DNA from: a candidate division Kazan bacterium RIFCSPHIGHO2_01_FULL_44_14
Lineage (GTDB): Bacteria > Patescibacteriota > Kazan-3B-28
Assembly: GCA_001771185.1 (NCBI GenBank)
Contig: METB01000001.1
Coordinates: 375,200-439,199 of the forward strand
Direction: 5' to 3'
Length of the DNA: 64,000 nt
In this document: positions 21,325 to 29,843 of the stretch, piece by piece
Position numbering within the stretch: position 1 is the stretch's first letter
Layout of the letters: the number at the start of each line of letters is the position of its first letter
Notes under the pieces: generated by a model
Databases searched by the model: none
What the model was told of the DNA's origin: nothing
The model's input: only the letters and a program-made list of their open reading frames with translations
Program-made: the position numbers and the translations under genes

Positions 21325-21441
21325 CCCGTTAGAAATAGCGCCCCAGCGTTTTTGCCCTGGCGTTAGCGATATAAATGTAATTTTATAATAACCATCTGTC
21401 TAGTTTGCTTCTGTTCGTCCCGGCAGGTGATTGTTAACGGG
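21325..21441 (-). mobile_element. CCCGTTAG-family MITE-like element at the yidC start codon
   Basis: TIRs CCCGTTAGAAAT / ATTGTTAACGGG; perfect 6-bp duplication ATGAAT (21319-21324 and 21442-21447). Confidence 0.8.
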
Positions 21442-21451
21442 ATTCATTTTG

Positions 21452-21700
21452 TTAATTGGTTTGTTTATTTAAAACTAGATCAATGCCGGGAGCCGCCCAC
21501 GGATGGCACCGCGAAACCCTAGCCATCCCCAAAAACACCCCGCGGATTACTCCATGCTGTTCGATTGATTGCTTAACATATTCGCTACAGGTTGGCTGAA
21601 GTCGACAAACCCCGGTTGGATGCCACAGTCCCGGCCAACCCTGGTGGGGGACAAGCGTGTTTTGATACAGCGTGATTGCCTTGATCAATAAAGTTTTCAT
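21452..21700 (-). CDS. yidD: Membrane protein insertion efficiency factor YidD
   Basis: CRLQPTCSEY and RCHPW motifs. Confidence 0.92.
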   Translation of the reverse strand: MKTLLIKAITLYQNTLVPHQGWPGLWHPTGVCRLQPTCSEYVKQSIEQHGVIRGVFLGMARVSRCHPWAAPGIDLVLNKQTN

Positions 21701-21999
21701 TTGATTTGATTCAGAATGCTGCCCAGTTCCGACTTAATCTGCTGGAAAGATAGGTCGAGGATTGGCTTACGAGCGATAATAATTACCCCGGTGTTAGCCG
21801 ACAGATTTTTCTGGAGAATCACCCTGATCCGACGGCGAATTTTGTTCCTGGCTGCTGCTCGCTTATCCACCTTTTGCCCAGCCACAATCCGAGGCCGGGG
21901 AGCTGGAGTTTGCTTCATATAATACACCGTAAAAGCAGGGCGGTAGATGCGTCTGCCTCGGCGCATCACTTCATCCAACCGATCGGCATCTGTTTTCAT
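21697..21999 (-). CDS. rnpA: Ribonuclease P protein component
   Basis: KV.KRAAARNKIRRRIR RNR motif; synteny rpmH-rnpA-yidD. Confidence 0.88.
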   Translation of the reverse strand: MKTDADRLDEVMRRGRRIYRPAFTVYYMKQTPAPRPRIVAGQKVDKRAAARNKIRRRIRVILQKNLSANTGVIIIARKPILDLSFQQIKSELGSILNQIK

Positions 22000-22015
22000 G
22001 ATAAACCCAGCGCCG

Positions 22016-22150
22016 TTAGGCGCTGATCCGTTTGCGTCCCTTGGCCCGCCGACGCTGCAACACGGCCCGTCCGTCCTTGGTTGCCATCCGGGCACGAAAG
22101 CCATGGACCCTGGCCCGCTTTATTTTTTTGGGCTGGTAAGTTCTTTTCAT
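22016..22150 (-). CDS. rpmH: 50S ribosomal protein L34 (missing from the ORF track)
   Basis: Manual translation [44 protein letters not shown]. Confidence 0.97.
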   Translation of the reverse strand: MKRTYQPKKIKRARVHGFRARMATKDGRAVLQRRRAKGRKRISA

Positions 22151-22269
22151 CCCGTTAGAAATAGGAAACCTAGCGTTTCCGTTTCTGGCTTAAAATTATC
22201 CTCGTATATACTTCCTCGTTTATTCTCCCTAATCCTTGTCGACTGTCCCGATAGGTGATTTCTAACGGG
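22151..22269 (-). mobile_element. CCCGTTAG-family MITE-like element at the rpmH start codon
   Basis: Perfect 12-bp TIR CCCGTTAGAAAT/ATTTCTAACGGG; flanks ATGAAT/ATGAAA; subterminal sequence shared with the 21325-21441 copy. Confidence 0.8.
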
Positions 22270-22354
22270 ATTCATTTGATTTACCTACCTAGTATAGGCA
22301 GATTTATCGGTTCAGGTCAACGAAAGTAGATGAAAGTTCGCTCCATTGTACAAA

Positions 22355-22363
22355 TGTGGATAA
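22355..22363 (-). promoter_or_regulatory. Perfect DnaA box upstream of dnaA
   Basis: TGTGGATAA, the reverse complement of TTATCCACA. Confidence 0.75.
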
Positions 22364-22384
22364 CTCTGATAAATTGAAGTGTGC

Positions 22385-22513
22385 CCCGTAGAGAAATTTT
22401 GAAAATGCTGACGCATTGTTTATTGCTCTGAGAGGATTAAAATATTGTTACGGAACACAGTTATCCCCAACGGCTGACGGTGGGGATAACCCACTCAAAA
22501 TTCTTCTAACGGG
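22385..22513 (+). mobile_element. CCCGTTAG-family MITE-like element in the dnaA leader
   Basis: TIRs CCCGTAGAGAAATTTTGA / TCAAAATTCTTCTAACGGG; perfect 6-bp duplication GTGTGC (22379-22384 and 22514-22519). Confidence 0.75.
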
Positions 22514-22545
22514 GTGTGCGACAGGGGAAATTATTGGGGAAAATT

Positions 22546-23916
22546 ATGGACGACAAGGAAAAGTTGTGGCGAGCGGTCTTGGGAGAAATTGAAGTCGGCA
22601 TGAGCCCGGCGAATTTCCAGACCTGGTTTAAAAACACCTCCCTTGATGACATCCAAGAAACCAGCGGGATAGTGATAATTCGAGTGCCAAACGACTTTAC
22701 TAAGGGTTGGTTGCAGCAAAAATATCAAAAAGAGATTCACCGCTGTCTCAACAAACACCTTGGCCGGGTGGTAGTAGTCCAATATATAGTTGGAACCAAA
22801 AGAATAGTTCCTCAAGAGGGACGCCCGACCGACGCCCAACTTCCCGCCAACGTAAAACCGATCGAAGAGGTGGTGGTTGAAACCCCGCCAGAGGGACTTA
22901 ACCCCAAACTAACCTTTGAACAGTTTGTGGTGGGGGAGAATAGTAAACTTTGTCATGCCGCCGCCGAATCAGTTGCCAGACAACCGGGGGCCAATTACAA
23001 CCCACTATTTATCTATGGCGGAGTGGGTCTGGGGAAAACCCATCTTTTGCAAGCCATCGGTAACGAGATTCTAAAAAACAATCCCAAAGCCAGGGTCACC
23101 TATATCACTTCTGAACGATTCACTAATGAAATGGTGGAGGCCATCCGGCAAAAAGAGACCAAGGGGTTCAAAGATCGATATCGCCGACTAGATTGTTTAT
23201 TAATCGACGATATCCAATTCGTTTCCGGGAAAGAGCAAACCCAAGAGGAGTTTTTCCATACCTTTAACGCTCTACACAACGCCGGGAAGCAAATCGTGAT
23301 GACTTCCGACCGACCACCGAAAGCCATCCCAGCCCTGGAAGAGCGGCTCCGGTCTCGATTTGGGTGGGGAATGACCGCCGATATTTCCGCTCCGTCCTAT
23401 GAAACCCGGCTGGCAATTCTCCAATCTAAAGCCGCTGCCCAAAAGAAAGAGGTGGCAACCGATATTTTGGAGTATATCGCCAAGTCGGTTAAAAATAATG
23501 TTCGGGAGTTGGAGGGCGCTTTGACCCGAGTTTTGGCCTTTGCTGACCTGAACAATGCCACCCCGACCCTGGATGATGCTAAAAACTTACTCGGGGGGAT
23601 TCTAAATTCCCCAGGTAAAAAAATCGTCAGACCATCAGAAATTATCCGAGCAGTCGCCAACCACTTTAATTTAAAAAAAGAGGATATCTGCGGCCGAAAA
23701 CGGACCAGAGAGGTGGTGGTCCCTAGGCAAATTTTAACTTATTTTTTAAGAGAAGAGTTGGATATGCCCTATGCCCAGATTGGTCATGAGATTGGGGGAA
23801 GGGATCACACTACAATCATCCACGACTATAACAAAATTAAAGAAACAATCATCAATAATGATAGTTTAGACCAAGAAATCACCCAAATAAAAAATAAACT
23901 TTATGTGGTGGATTGA
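22546..23916 (+). CDS. dnaA: Chromosomal replication initiator DnaA
   Basis: NPLFIYGGVGLGKTHL, LLIDDIQF, RLRSRF and GGRDHTT motifs; start taken at ATG 22546. Confidence 0.98.
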   Translation: MDDKEKLWRAVLGEIEVGMSPANFQTWFKNTSLDDIQETSGIVIIRVPNDFTKGWLQQKYQKEIHRCLNKHLGRVVVVQYIVGTKRIVPQEGRPTDAQLPANVKPIEEVVVETPPEGLNPKLTFEQFVVGENSKLCHAAAESVARQPGANYNPLFIYGGVGLGKTHLLQAIGNEILKNNPKARVTYITSERFTNEMVEAIRQKETKGFKDRYRRLDCLLIDDIQFVSGKEQTQEEFFHTFNALHNAGKQIVMTSDRPPKAIPALEERLRSRFGWGMTADISAPSYETRLAILQSKAAAQKKEVATDILEYIAKSVKNNVRELEGALTRVLAFADLNNATPTLDDAKNLLGGILNSPGKKIVRPSEIIRAVANHFNLKKEDICGRKRTREVVVPRQILTYFLREELDMPYAQIGHEIGGRDHTTIIHDYNKIKETIINNDSLDQEITQIKNKLYVVD

Positions 23917-24078
23917 GTGGGGAGAGACCTGAAATGGGTAAAGTTATCCACAACTTATCCCCAAACTACCAACTATTTACCCCCAACCTGGGTTTCTAGA
24001 AAATCACTCCCACAAACTATAATCTAAGTACTACCCAAAACACACACCTCTATAATCTACTACTAATTTTTTACTCTT
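23917..24078. other. Replication origin oriC (dnaA-dnaN intergenic)
   Basis: TTATCCACA at 23944-23952, TTATCCCCA at 23955-23963, CTACTACTA DnaA-trio-like tract near 24058; + strand looks more G-rich after this point. Confidence 0.8.
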
Positions 24079-25212
24079 ATGAATGAAGAAATTTCTATAA
24101 AGGATAGGATTGGGGCTGATATTTCTGTATCAGTGGTATTAGACAAATTAAGAAGTGCATTACAAGGAGTTGAAAGAGTAGTAACTAGTCGGAGTACTTT
24201 ACCGATTTTAAATAATGTTCTGATTAAGACCACTGGTAGTGGGGTAGAGATTATCGCAACTGATTTAGAAATTGGAATAAAATTCTTTTTGGGAGGGAAA
24301 ATAGATAAAGAAGGAAGTATTACAATCCCAGGAAGAACCTTAATTGGATTGATTAATACTCTACATGGAGACACAATTACTCTGTCGAGTAAAAATAATA
24401 TTCTCCAAGTTGTTTCTGGAGAAACTAAAGCCAGTGTTAATGGGGTTCCGGCTGATGATTTTCCAGTTATCCCAGAAGTAGAAAAAGGGAAAGTGGTAAG
24501 TGTAAAATCAGATGTATTTAAAGAACTATTGGCACAGGTTGATTTCGCGGCTTCAAGTGAAGAATCTAGACCGGTCTTAACTGGAGTGTATTTAATTTCA
24601 GGTGGAGGAACTTTAACGGCGGTGGCGACGGATAGTTATCGGTTGTCGGAGGTGGTGGTCAAAGAAAAATTAAGCGCTGATTTTTCGGTGATTATCCCAG
24701 TTAGAACTTTGCAAGAAATCAAGCGGGTGGTTGGAGACACTCCCCAATTTGAGCTTAGAATTGGAGACAACCAAATTATGGTGGTAACCGACAATGCGAC
24801 CCTAGTGTCTCGGATTATCGAAGGGGAGTATCCTAACTATAAACAAATTATTCCTCCAAAGAGCGACACTATTGTTGAGGTTGACATCCAAGAATTAACC
24901 GACGCAATCAAGACCGCGGCGATTTTTTCAATGGAGGGATCAAATACGGTTCGATTGAATATCCAATCAAGCGGGACAATTGAGGTGGTGTCGGAGTCAT
25001 CACAGGTCGGTAATTTTAATTCCAAGGTTAAGGCCGAGGTCAGGGGAGAAGGTGGAGAAATTTCGTTTAATGCAAAATATCTGCTCGACGGGTTGAATAG
25101 TTTTGATACCCCCAAGTGTACTCTGGGGATGAGTGGGAAAACCGCAGCCGGGGTATTTCGCCCAAGTGGGGTAGAAGACCGACTATATTTAGTGATGCCT
25201 CTAAGGAGTTAG
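24079..25212 (+). CDS. dnaN: DNA polymerase III beta sliding clamp
   Basis: ATDLEIGI, ATDSYRL, FNAKYL and YLVMPLR motifs. Confidence 0.97.
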   Translation: MNEEISIKDRIGADISVSVVLDKLRSALQGVERVVTSRSTLPILNNVLIKTTGSGVEIIATDLEIGIKFFLGGKIDKEGSITIPGRTLIGLINTLHGDTITLSSKNNILQVVSGETKASVNGVPADDFPVIPEVEKGKVVSVKSDVFKELLAQVDFAASSEESRPVLTGVYLISGGGTLTAVATDSYRLSEVVVKEKLSADFSVIIPVRTLQEIKRVVGDTPQFELRIGDNQIMVVTDNATLVSRIIEGEYPNYKQIIPPKSDTIVEVDIQELTDAIKTAAIFSMEGSNTVRLNIQSSGTIEVVSESSQVGNFNSKVKAEVRGEGGEISFNAKYLLDGLNSFDTPKCTLGMSGKTAAGVFRPSGVEDRLYLVMPLRS

Positions 25213-25219
25213 GCGAGGG

Positions 25220-26335
25220 ATGCGTATCCAGGCCCTTCGGCTCAACCACTTCCGCAATCTAACCACTTTGGATTTGTCCTCTTTGGGTGAGGTGAATGTT
25301 TTGGTGGGGAAAAATGCTCAAGGCAAGACCAATATATTGGAGGCGATTTTCCTGGCGGCGTCGGGGGAGTCGTTTCGAGTTACCCAAGACAGATATTTAG
25401 TCCAACGCGGGGAAATTGATGCACAAGTGTTTATGGAGGCCACGACCAATGATGGTCGGGATAAGTTTGTCCAATTGTTTTGGGCGGTTGACGGGGGGAC
25501 AGTATCAAAATCGATTAAGCTGAACGCTCTGGTGGTCCCGCGAGCGGATTTAATTAAGACCATCCCGGTGGTGATTTTTTCACCGGAGGATATTGACCTG
25601 GTTCGGTTGAGCTCGGGACATCGGCGGAAGTTTTTGAATTTGGCGGTGGCCAGACACGATGCCGAATATCGGCAGGACTTAATGGAATATACTCGGATCT
25701 GGCGGCAGAGAAACCAACTATTATTACTAATCAAGCAGGGCCGAGAGTCGGAGGCGGAATTGGATGTGTGGGACAACCAATTGGCCGAGGTCGGTTCACG
25801 GATAGTTCGGAAACGGGCCGATTTTGTGTCAGACATCGCTCGGACAGTGGGTGAATATTACAAAACATTCGTACCTAATGGTAACGGGGCCGAACTTCGG
25901 TTGCGCTACGCTCCCAGTATTGGTTTGCCGAATAAAAATGATTATCTGGCGCAAATCCAAAGAGTCCGGCGGTTGGATATCGCTCGGGCAACGACAACCC
26001 ATGGGGTTCATCGAGACGATTTAGTGTTTATTTTGAATGACAGCGACATTCGGTACACGGCATCTCGGGGGGAGTTCCGCAGTGCCGTGTTGGCGTTGAA
26101 GTTGGCCGAAGGCAAATACCTGTATGGTAAGTTGGGGGACCGACCAGTGTTTTTGTTGGATGATGTTTTTTCAGAATTGGACGACGACAGAAGGGTGGCA
26201 TTGGCCGAGGAGATGAAGCAATACCAAACCTTCATTACCACCAATGACGCCAACATGGCGACATTGTTTAACCATCCAAAGGTATTTGAGGTGGTGAAAG
26301 GGGTCATCGCCACGCCGGAGACAGAAGCACAATAG
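25220..26335 (+). CDS. recF: DNA replication/repair protein RecF
   Basis: GKNAQGKTNILEAI, GVHRDDL and LLDDVFSELD motifs. Confidence 0.96.
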   Translation: MRIQALRLNHFRNLTTLDLSSLGEVNVLVGKNAQGKTNILEAIFLAASGESFRVTQDRYLVQRGEIDAQVFMEATTNDGRDKFVQLFWAVDGGTVSKSIKLNALVVPRADLIKTIPVVIFSPEDIDLVRLSSGHRRKFLNLAVARHDAEYRQDLMEYTRIWRQRNQLLLLIKQGRESEAELDVWDNQLAEVGSRIVRKRADFVSDIARTVGEYYKTFVPNGNGAELRLRYAPSIGLPNKNDYLAQIQRVRRLDIARATTTHGVHRDDLVFILNDSDIRYTASRGEFRSAVLALKLAEGKYLYGKLGDRPVFLLDDVFSELDDDRRVALAEEMKQYQTFITTNDANMATLFNHPKVFEVVKGVIATPETEAQ

Positions 26336-26365
26336 TAGTTTCTTGTGCTCTCCGCTTTTTCATTC

Positions 26366-26423
26366 CGTCATTCCTACGAAGGCAGGAATCTTCCCCATCG
26401 TCATTCTGGCTTGTCCAGAATCT
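26366..26423. repeat. Two tandem CGTC-type REP-like palindromes
   Basis: CGTCATTCCTACGAAGGCAGGAATC and CGTCATTCTGGCTTGTCCAGAATC. Confidence 0.65.
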
Positions 26424-26522
26424 TTTCAACATTCTTTTGCCACCCCATTTGCTTGCCCAAATATTATTTTGCTACCACTTTGCGTGGTCCTTGCGTGGTA
26501 GCACCGAAAGGACGGCCAGTCG

Positions 26523-26620
26523 TCGGGGCTATTCAATGGCTAAATCCGTGGGCGCTCTCGCTGAACTCGTCGTCCGTCAGCTGACGGACTCAAACAAGTG
26601 CCTTAAGCGACGGCGATTTT
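26523..26620 (+). repeat. Dispersed structured repeat, copy A (copy B at 63039-63127)
   Basis: Shared TCGGGxCTATTCAxTGGCTAAATC..TGGGCGCT..CGCxGAACTCGT...CTCAAACAA...GCGATTT. Confidence 0.7.
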
Positions 26621-26660
26621 CCAAATGGCTCACGCTCGACTCCGGAGGGCGGATGAGGAT

Positions 26661-26703
26661 GGGGTTACTTCTGACAAAGTGGACAGAAGTGAGTGCCGCG
26701 ACC
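26661..26703 (-). pseudogene. Relic duplicate of the mutM 3' end
   Basis: Encodes GRGTHFCPLCQK* versus mutM GRGTHYCPICQK*; identity runs 4 nt past the stop. Confidence 0.8.
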
Positions 26704-26782
26704 ACTGTTTGACAAAAATCCGCTCCGGGAGTATGTTTTTGGTGTCTGTAGTTTTTGAACATTACAATCAAGGAGTGGATAG

Positions 26783-27322
26783 ATGATGGACAAGCAAGGA
26801 ACATCAGGGGTTACGTGGTGGATAGGGGTACTAATGGGGGCGGTGTTGGGAGTGGCCGTTGAGGCCCTTGTCTGCATGGTGCCGGTGGTCAATGGACTCC
26901 CGGCCGAAGTCAAAGCCACTGGCGCAGCAGACTCGGCGTTTGTTGGTGCGTTGTTTGGTGGGTGGTTGATTACAATAGGGATTGTGATCCTCCCCTTATT
27001 GGGTTATATCCCCTACTCCCTGACATCTGCCATTCGCTACTACATCGGGATGACGCCGACCGAGCGCCGGGCCTGGCGACTTCGGAGGAAGCTAGTGCGC
27101 GTCGCAGCTCGGAATAAGCGGATATTGCGCGAGGCCCAAGCTCGGGTCGAGATCGCTCGGTTGGAGGAGCAAAAGATCGCTGAACACCAAAGGACGGTCG
27201 ATGAGTTGGTCACCTGTGACCAGGAGGAGTACAAAACGGCGATGCGGATAACTCGGGCCCTTGAGCCGTCGTTAGCGGCAACGCCATCTCCCAAGCGATC
27301 TTCCCAAGCACATTTTCAGTAA
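26783..27322 (+). CDS. Accessory hypothetical membrane protein (2 TM plus coiled coil)
   Basis: 179-aa ORF preceded by an AAGGAG SD and followed by a terminator. Confidence 0.7.
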   Translation: MMDKQGTSGVTWWIGVLMGAVLGVAVEALVCMVPVVNGLPAEVKATGAADSAFVGALFGGWLITIGIVILPLLGYIPYSLTSAIRYYIGMTPTERRAWRLRRKLVRVAARNKRILREAQARVEIARLEEQKIAEHQRTVDELVTCDQEEYKTAMRITRALEPSLAATPSPKRSSQAHFQ

Positions 27323-27393
27323 ACCCCGGATCTTCCGCGGATCTGTTTGTCGGGGGGTACCCCATCCCCTATCAAACCTTCAGTAAACCTATA

Positions 27394-27419
27394 AACCGCG
27401 GGTCTCCCGCGGTTTTTTT
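27394..27419 (+). terminator. Intrinsic terminator
   Basis: AACCGCGGG-TCT-CCCGCGGTT stem followed by a T-tract. Confidence 0.75.
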
Positions 27420-27519
27420 ATATCCGCCGGGTGGCGGATGATTCTATTGAATCATTTCTAGCCTCTCGACTTCGCTCGAGGTCAATGTTGACAAATCGGC
27501 CCCTCGGCTACGCTCGGGG

Positions 27520-28491
27520 TTACTTCTGACAAATTGGGCAATAGTGAGTACCTCGTCCATTGAGGCGGATTTTTTTGATGGTGCTGCCACAGCGTTTGCG
27601 GCAAGGTAGGTCTTTGCGGTCATAAGCCACGAGGTAGTTTTGCATTTGCCCCATTGCGCCCTCGGGGGTGCGGTGGGTGTTGACGCTGGTGCCCATGTAT
27701 TTGATACCTTTTTCTAAAACCTTTTTAATAGCAGAAACGAGTTTGGTGGTGTCGGCTTTGGTGATGGATTTGCCGAGTCGGGTTGGTTTGATGCCGGCGT
27801 AAAAAAGGGCTTCATCGGAATAGATATTGCCAATGCCGGTGACGAGAGATTGGTCTAAAATGATGGTTTTGATGTTGCTCTTGGGGCGACGCTGGATGGC
27901 GGAGTATAAAAAGGCGGGAGTAAAGTTTTTGTCGAACGGCTCCATCCCAAGGTTGGAAAAGAATTTGTCATTTGGGACTTCGGCGGTGGGAGTGAGTTTG
28001 ACCCAGCCGAACCGGCGTTGGTCATTGAAATAGAGATTTCCTTTACTTAACTCAAACCAAACCCGAGTGTGGCGGGACGGCATGGTTTCGATAAAGTTTT
28101 TGTCGGGATGGCCGTAGTTGAGGCGTCCTTTTTCTAATTTGTCACCCCGAACTTGTTTCAGGATCTTGGTTTTAGATGCCGAAACGAGTTCGGCATGACG
28201 AGAGTGGGGGATATAAATCAACTGCCCCGTCATTTTTAGGTGAATCAATAAAGAAAGATCTGACCCGCCCGCACTTCGAGCTGTGGCGGGTTGTTTTGCC
28301 AACGAAACAATAATGCCCTTGCCTCGACGGGTGATGTTTTTAATACTTGCCCCGCGGAGACCTTGTCTCTTTGCGGGGGTGAATCCGAGAGTGCTTCTGG
28401 CCGAGAGAATTTTGACCTGTTTAATTTTCTGCCCGACGATGTGTCGGGAGAGGCCTCTTACTACCGTCTCTACCTCGGGTAACTCTGGCAT
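27520..28491 (-). CDS. mutM: Formamidopyrimidine-DNA glycosylase with two in-frame palindrome insertions
   Basis: MPELPEVET, HLKMTG, DQRRFG and GIGNIY motifs plus C-terminal zinc finger. Confidence 0.96.
   Translation of the reverse strand: MPELPEVETVVRGLSRHIVGQKIKQVKILSARSTLGFTPAKRQGLRGASIKNITRRGKGIIVSLAKQPATARSAGGSDLSLLIHLKMTGQLIYIPHSRHAELVSASKTKILKQVRGDKLEKGRLNYGHPDKNFIETMPSRHTRVWFELSKGNLYFNDQRRFGWVKLTPTAEVPNDKFFSNLGMEPFDKNFTPAFLYSAIQRRPKSNIKTIILDQSLVTGIGNIYSDEALFYAGIKPTRLGKSITKADTTKLVSAIKKVLEKGIKYMGTSVNTHRTPEGAMGQMQNYLVAYDRKDLPCRKRCGSTIKKIRLNGRGTHYCPICQK
28141..28199. repeat. REP doublet inserted in frame inside mutM
   Basis: GTCACCCCGAACTTGTTTCAGGATCT...AGATGCCGAAACGAGTTCGGCATGAC; translates as HAELVSASKTKILKQVRGD. 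Confidence 0.75.
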
Positions 28492-28623
28492 AATGCAATC
28501 TCCTGGGTTATTGTTCCAATCCGCCAGTGGGCGGACTTCCGGGAATTCTTCCCTACAGCTTCGGGGAGCTCGGGCATACTGAAGAATTAAAAATTAAAAG
28601 TGGTTAGAGTTGGTGGGAATGGT

Positions 28624-28803
28624 TTATAGGGGGTAGAACGCTTGCCGGGTCCACTTGTCAAAAACCTGTGTCTTTTCTATCCCAAGAGAGGTGGTAATCA
28701 GTCGGGTATCATAGCGGGTGTTAAGGGCAAACAAGAAGCCAAGCATAATCGCAAGAAGGGCAAGGATGGGCCAAATATATTTTTCCCAGGGAGCAGTTTT
28801 CAT
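28624..28803 (-). CDS. Small single-TM protein, 59 aa (not in the ORF track)
   Basis: Manual translation MKTAPWEKYIWPILALLAIMLGFLFALNTRY...DKWTRQAFYPL. Confidence 0.6.
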   Translation of the reverse strand: MKTAPWEKYIWPILALLAIMLGFLFALNTRYDTRLITTSLGIEKTQVFDKWTRQAFYPL

Positions 28804-28859
28804 GGTAGTGAAATTAATTAGTATAAGATTTTTTGAGAAGGACTTCGGGTTTAGGTTAA

Positions 28860-29447
28860 TTATTTATAGTGTTTGGGGTTGTGAGTAGCTCGGGTGTGTT
28901 GATCTGTGGCAGGGGGAGTATTAAGGCGGGTTACGATCGCCCAAAAGTGGGAATACATTTTTTCTTGTGCTTCATTGGTCAAAGTATTGTTGTGCAATAT
29001 GTCATTGCGCCACTGATTTAGATCCTTTAACTTAGTGACTAACGGGGTGTCTAACCTAAGCTCCTCACGAGCGAACTCGATCTTGCCATAGAAATTGGCA
29101 GTTTTTAGAAGGAGTTTTTTAATTTTTTTCTTAACACTTGAGTCGGAGGTTACATGGGAGCTTATATAATCGTCTAGCTCCCGCTCGCATACAAAGTGGT
29201 ATAGAATGAGTTCTGTTTTTTTGATTGCGATGTTAAACAATTCACCTCCACGAACCTGCTTTTTGTAGTGATTGTTAAATACTCGGGAGGCGGTAGCAGA
29301 AGTTCTTGTGGCTCTATTTGCCAACAGTTGTTTCAAAAGAGGAGCATCCTCTATATCGTTGGTTATTGCCATAAAAACCAATGGGTAGTAGAGCTTTTTA
29401 AGCTTTTCTCGTACTCCTTGGCTATTTGGAGTAATTGCACGGCTCAT
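28860..29447 (-). CDS. Hypothetical protein, possible HEPN-superfamily RNase
   Basis: Helical protein with C-terminal LNQWRNDILH (Rx4H) motif; AT-richer than its neighbours. Confidence 0.55.
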   Translation of the reverse strand: MSRAITPNSQGVREKLKKLYYPLVFMAITNDIEDAPLLKQLLANRATRTSATASRVFNNHYKKQVRGGELFNIAIKKTELILYHFVCERELDDYISSHVTSDSSVKKKIKKLLLKTANFYGKIEFAREELRLDTPLVTKLKDLNQWRNDILHNNTLTNEAQEKMYSHFWAIVTRLNTPPATDQHTRATHNPKHYK

Positions 29448-29551
29448 ATCTTTTTGGTTTCTCCCCAGCTTACTCCAGCTTCGACAACCACATGGATAGG
29501 GACATCGAGCTGATAGACATTTTCCATTTTGTCGCGGACGAGTTTGGTGAT
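29444..29551 (-). pseudogene. Relic duplicate of the polA 3' end (36 codons)
   Basis: ITKLVRDKMENVYQLDVPIHVVVEAGVSWGETKKI* versus PolA VAKLVKDKMENVYQLDVPIHVDAEAGVNWGETKPA*. Confidence 0.88.
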
Positions 29552-29559
29552 GGACTCTA

Positions 29560-29826
29560 TCATTGATATCCTAATATTTCCAGAGTGGCCTTGACGGATG
29601 GATTAGTAGTGTTCAATAGCGTTACCCTGCCGGGGTATTTCTCGAATAACGGTCGCAGAAACTCATCCCCCCAAGAAGGAGCAAAGGCATTAACGCCGGC
29701 AAAATCAATTTCCAATGATTCGCCCGAGGAAATATCTGTAAGCTGTGATTGTAATGCCAAGGCGGCGTCTCGGCCAGCTGGTCGCGACATCAAGATGGCG
29801 CCAAATTTTTCTAATTTAATCAGCAT
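29560..29826 (-). CDS. STAS-like domain protein (DUF4325-like)
   Basis: SRPAGR...IDFAGV...PSWGDEF pattern, 88 aa. Confidence 0.78.
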   Translation of the reverse strand: MLIKLEKFGAILMSRPAGRDAALALQSQLTDISSGESLEIDFAGVNAFAPSWGDEFLRPLFEKYPGRVTLLNTTNPSVKATLEILGYQ

Positions 29827-29843
29827 AACCCTAAGTCAAAGAA

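Noticed and set aside
26665-26919. 84-aa ORF ending in a MutM-like zinc-finger half
   Set aside because: Only the last 13 codons are the mutM relic; the rest is antisense to the orphan gene.
29039-29050. CTAACGGG-GTG inside the HEPN-like ORF (similar hits near 33360 and 44212)
   Set aside because: No partner TIR or TSD found, and the hits lie in coding sequence; treated as chance.
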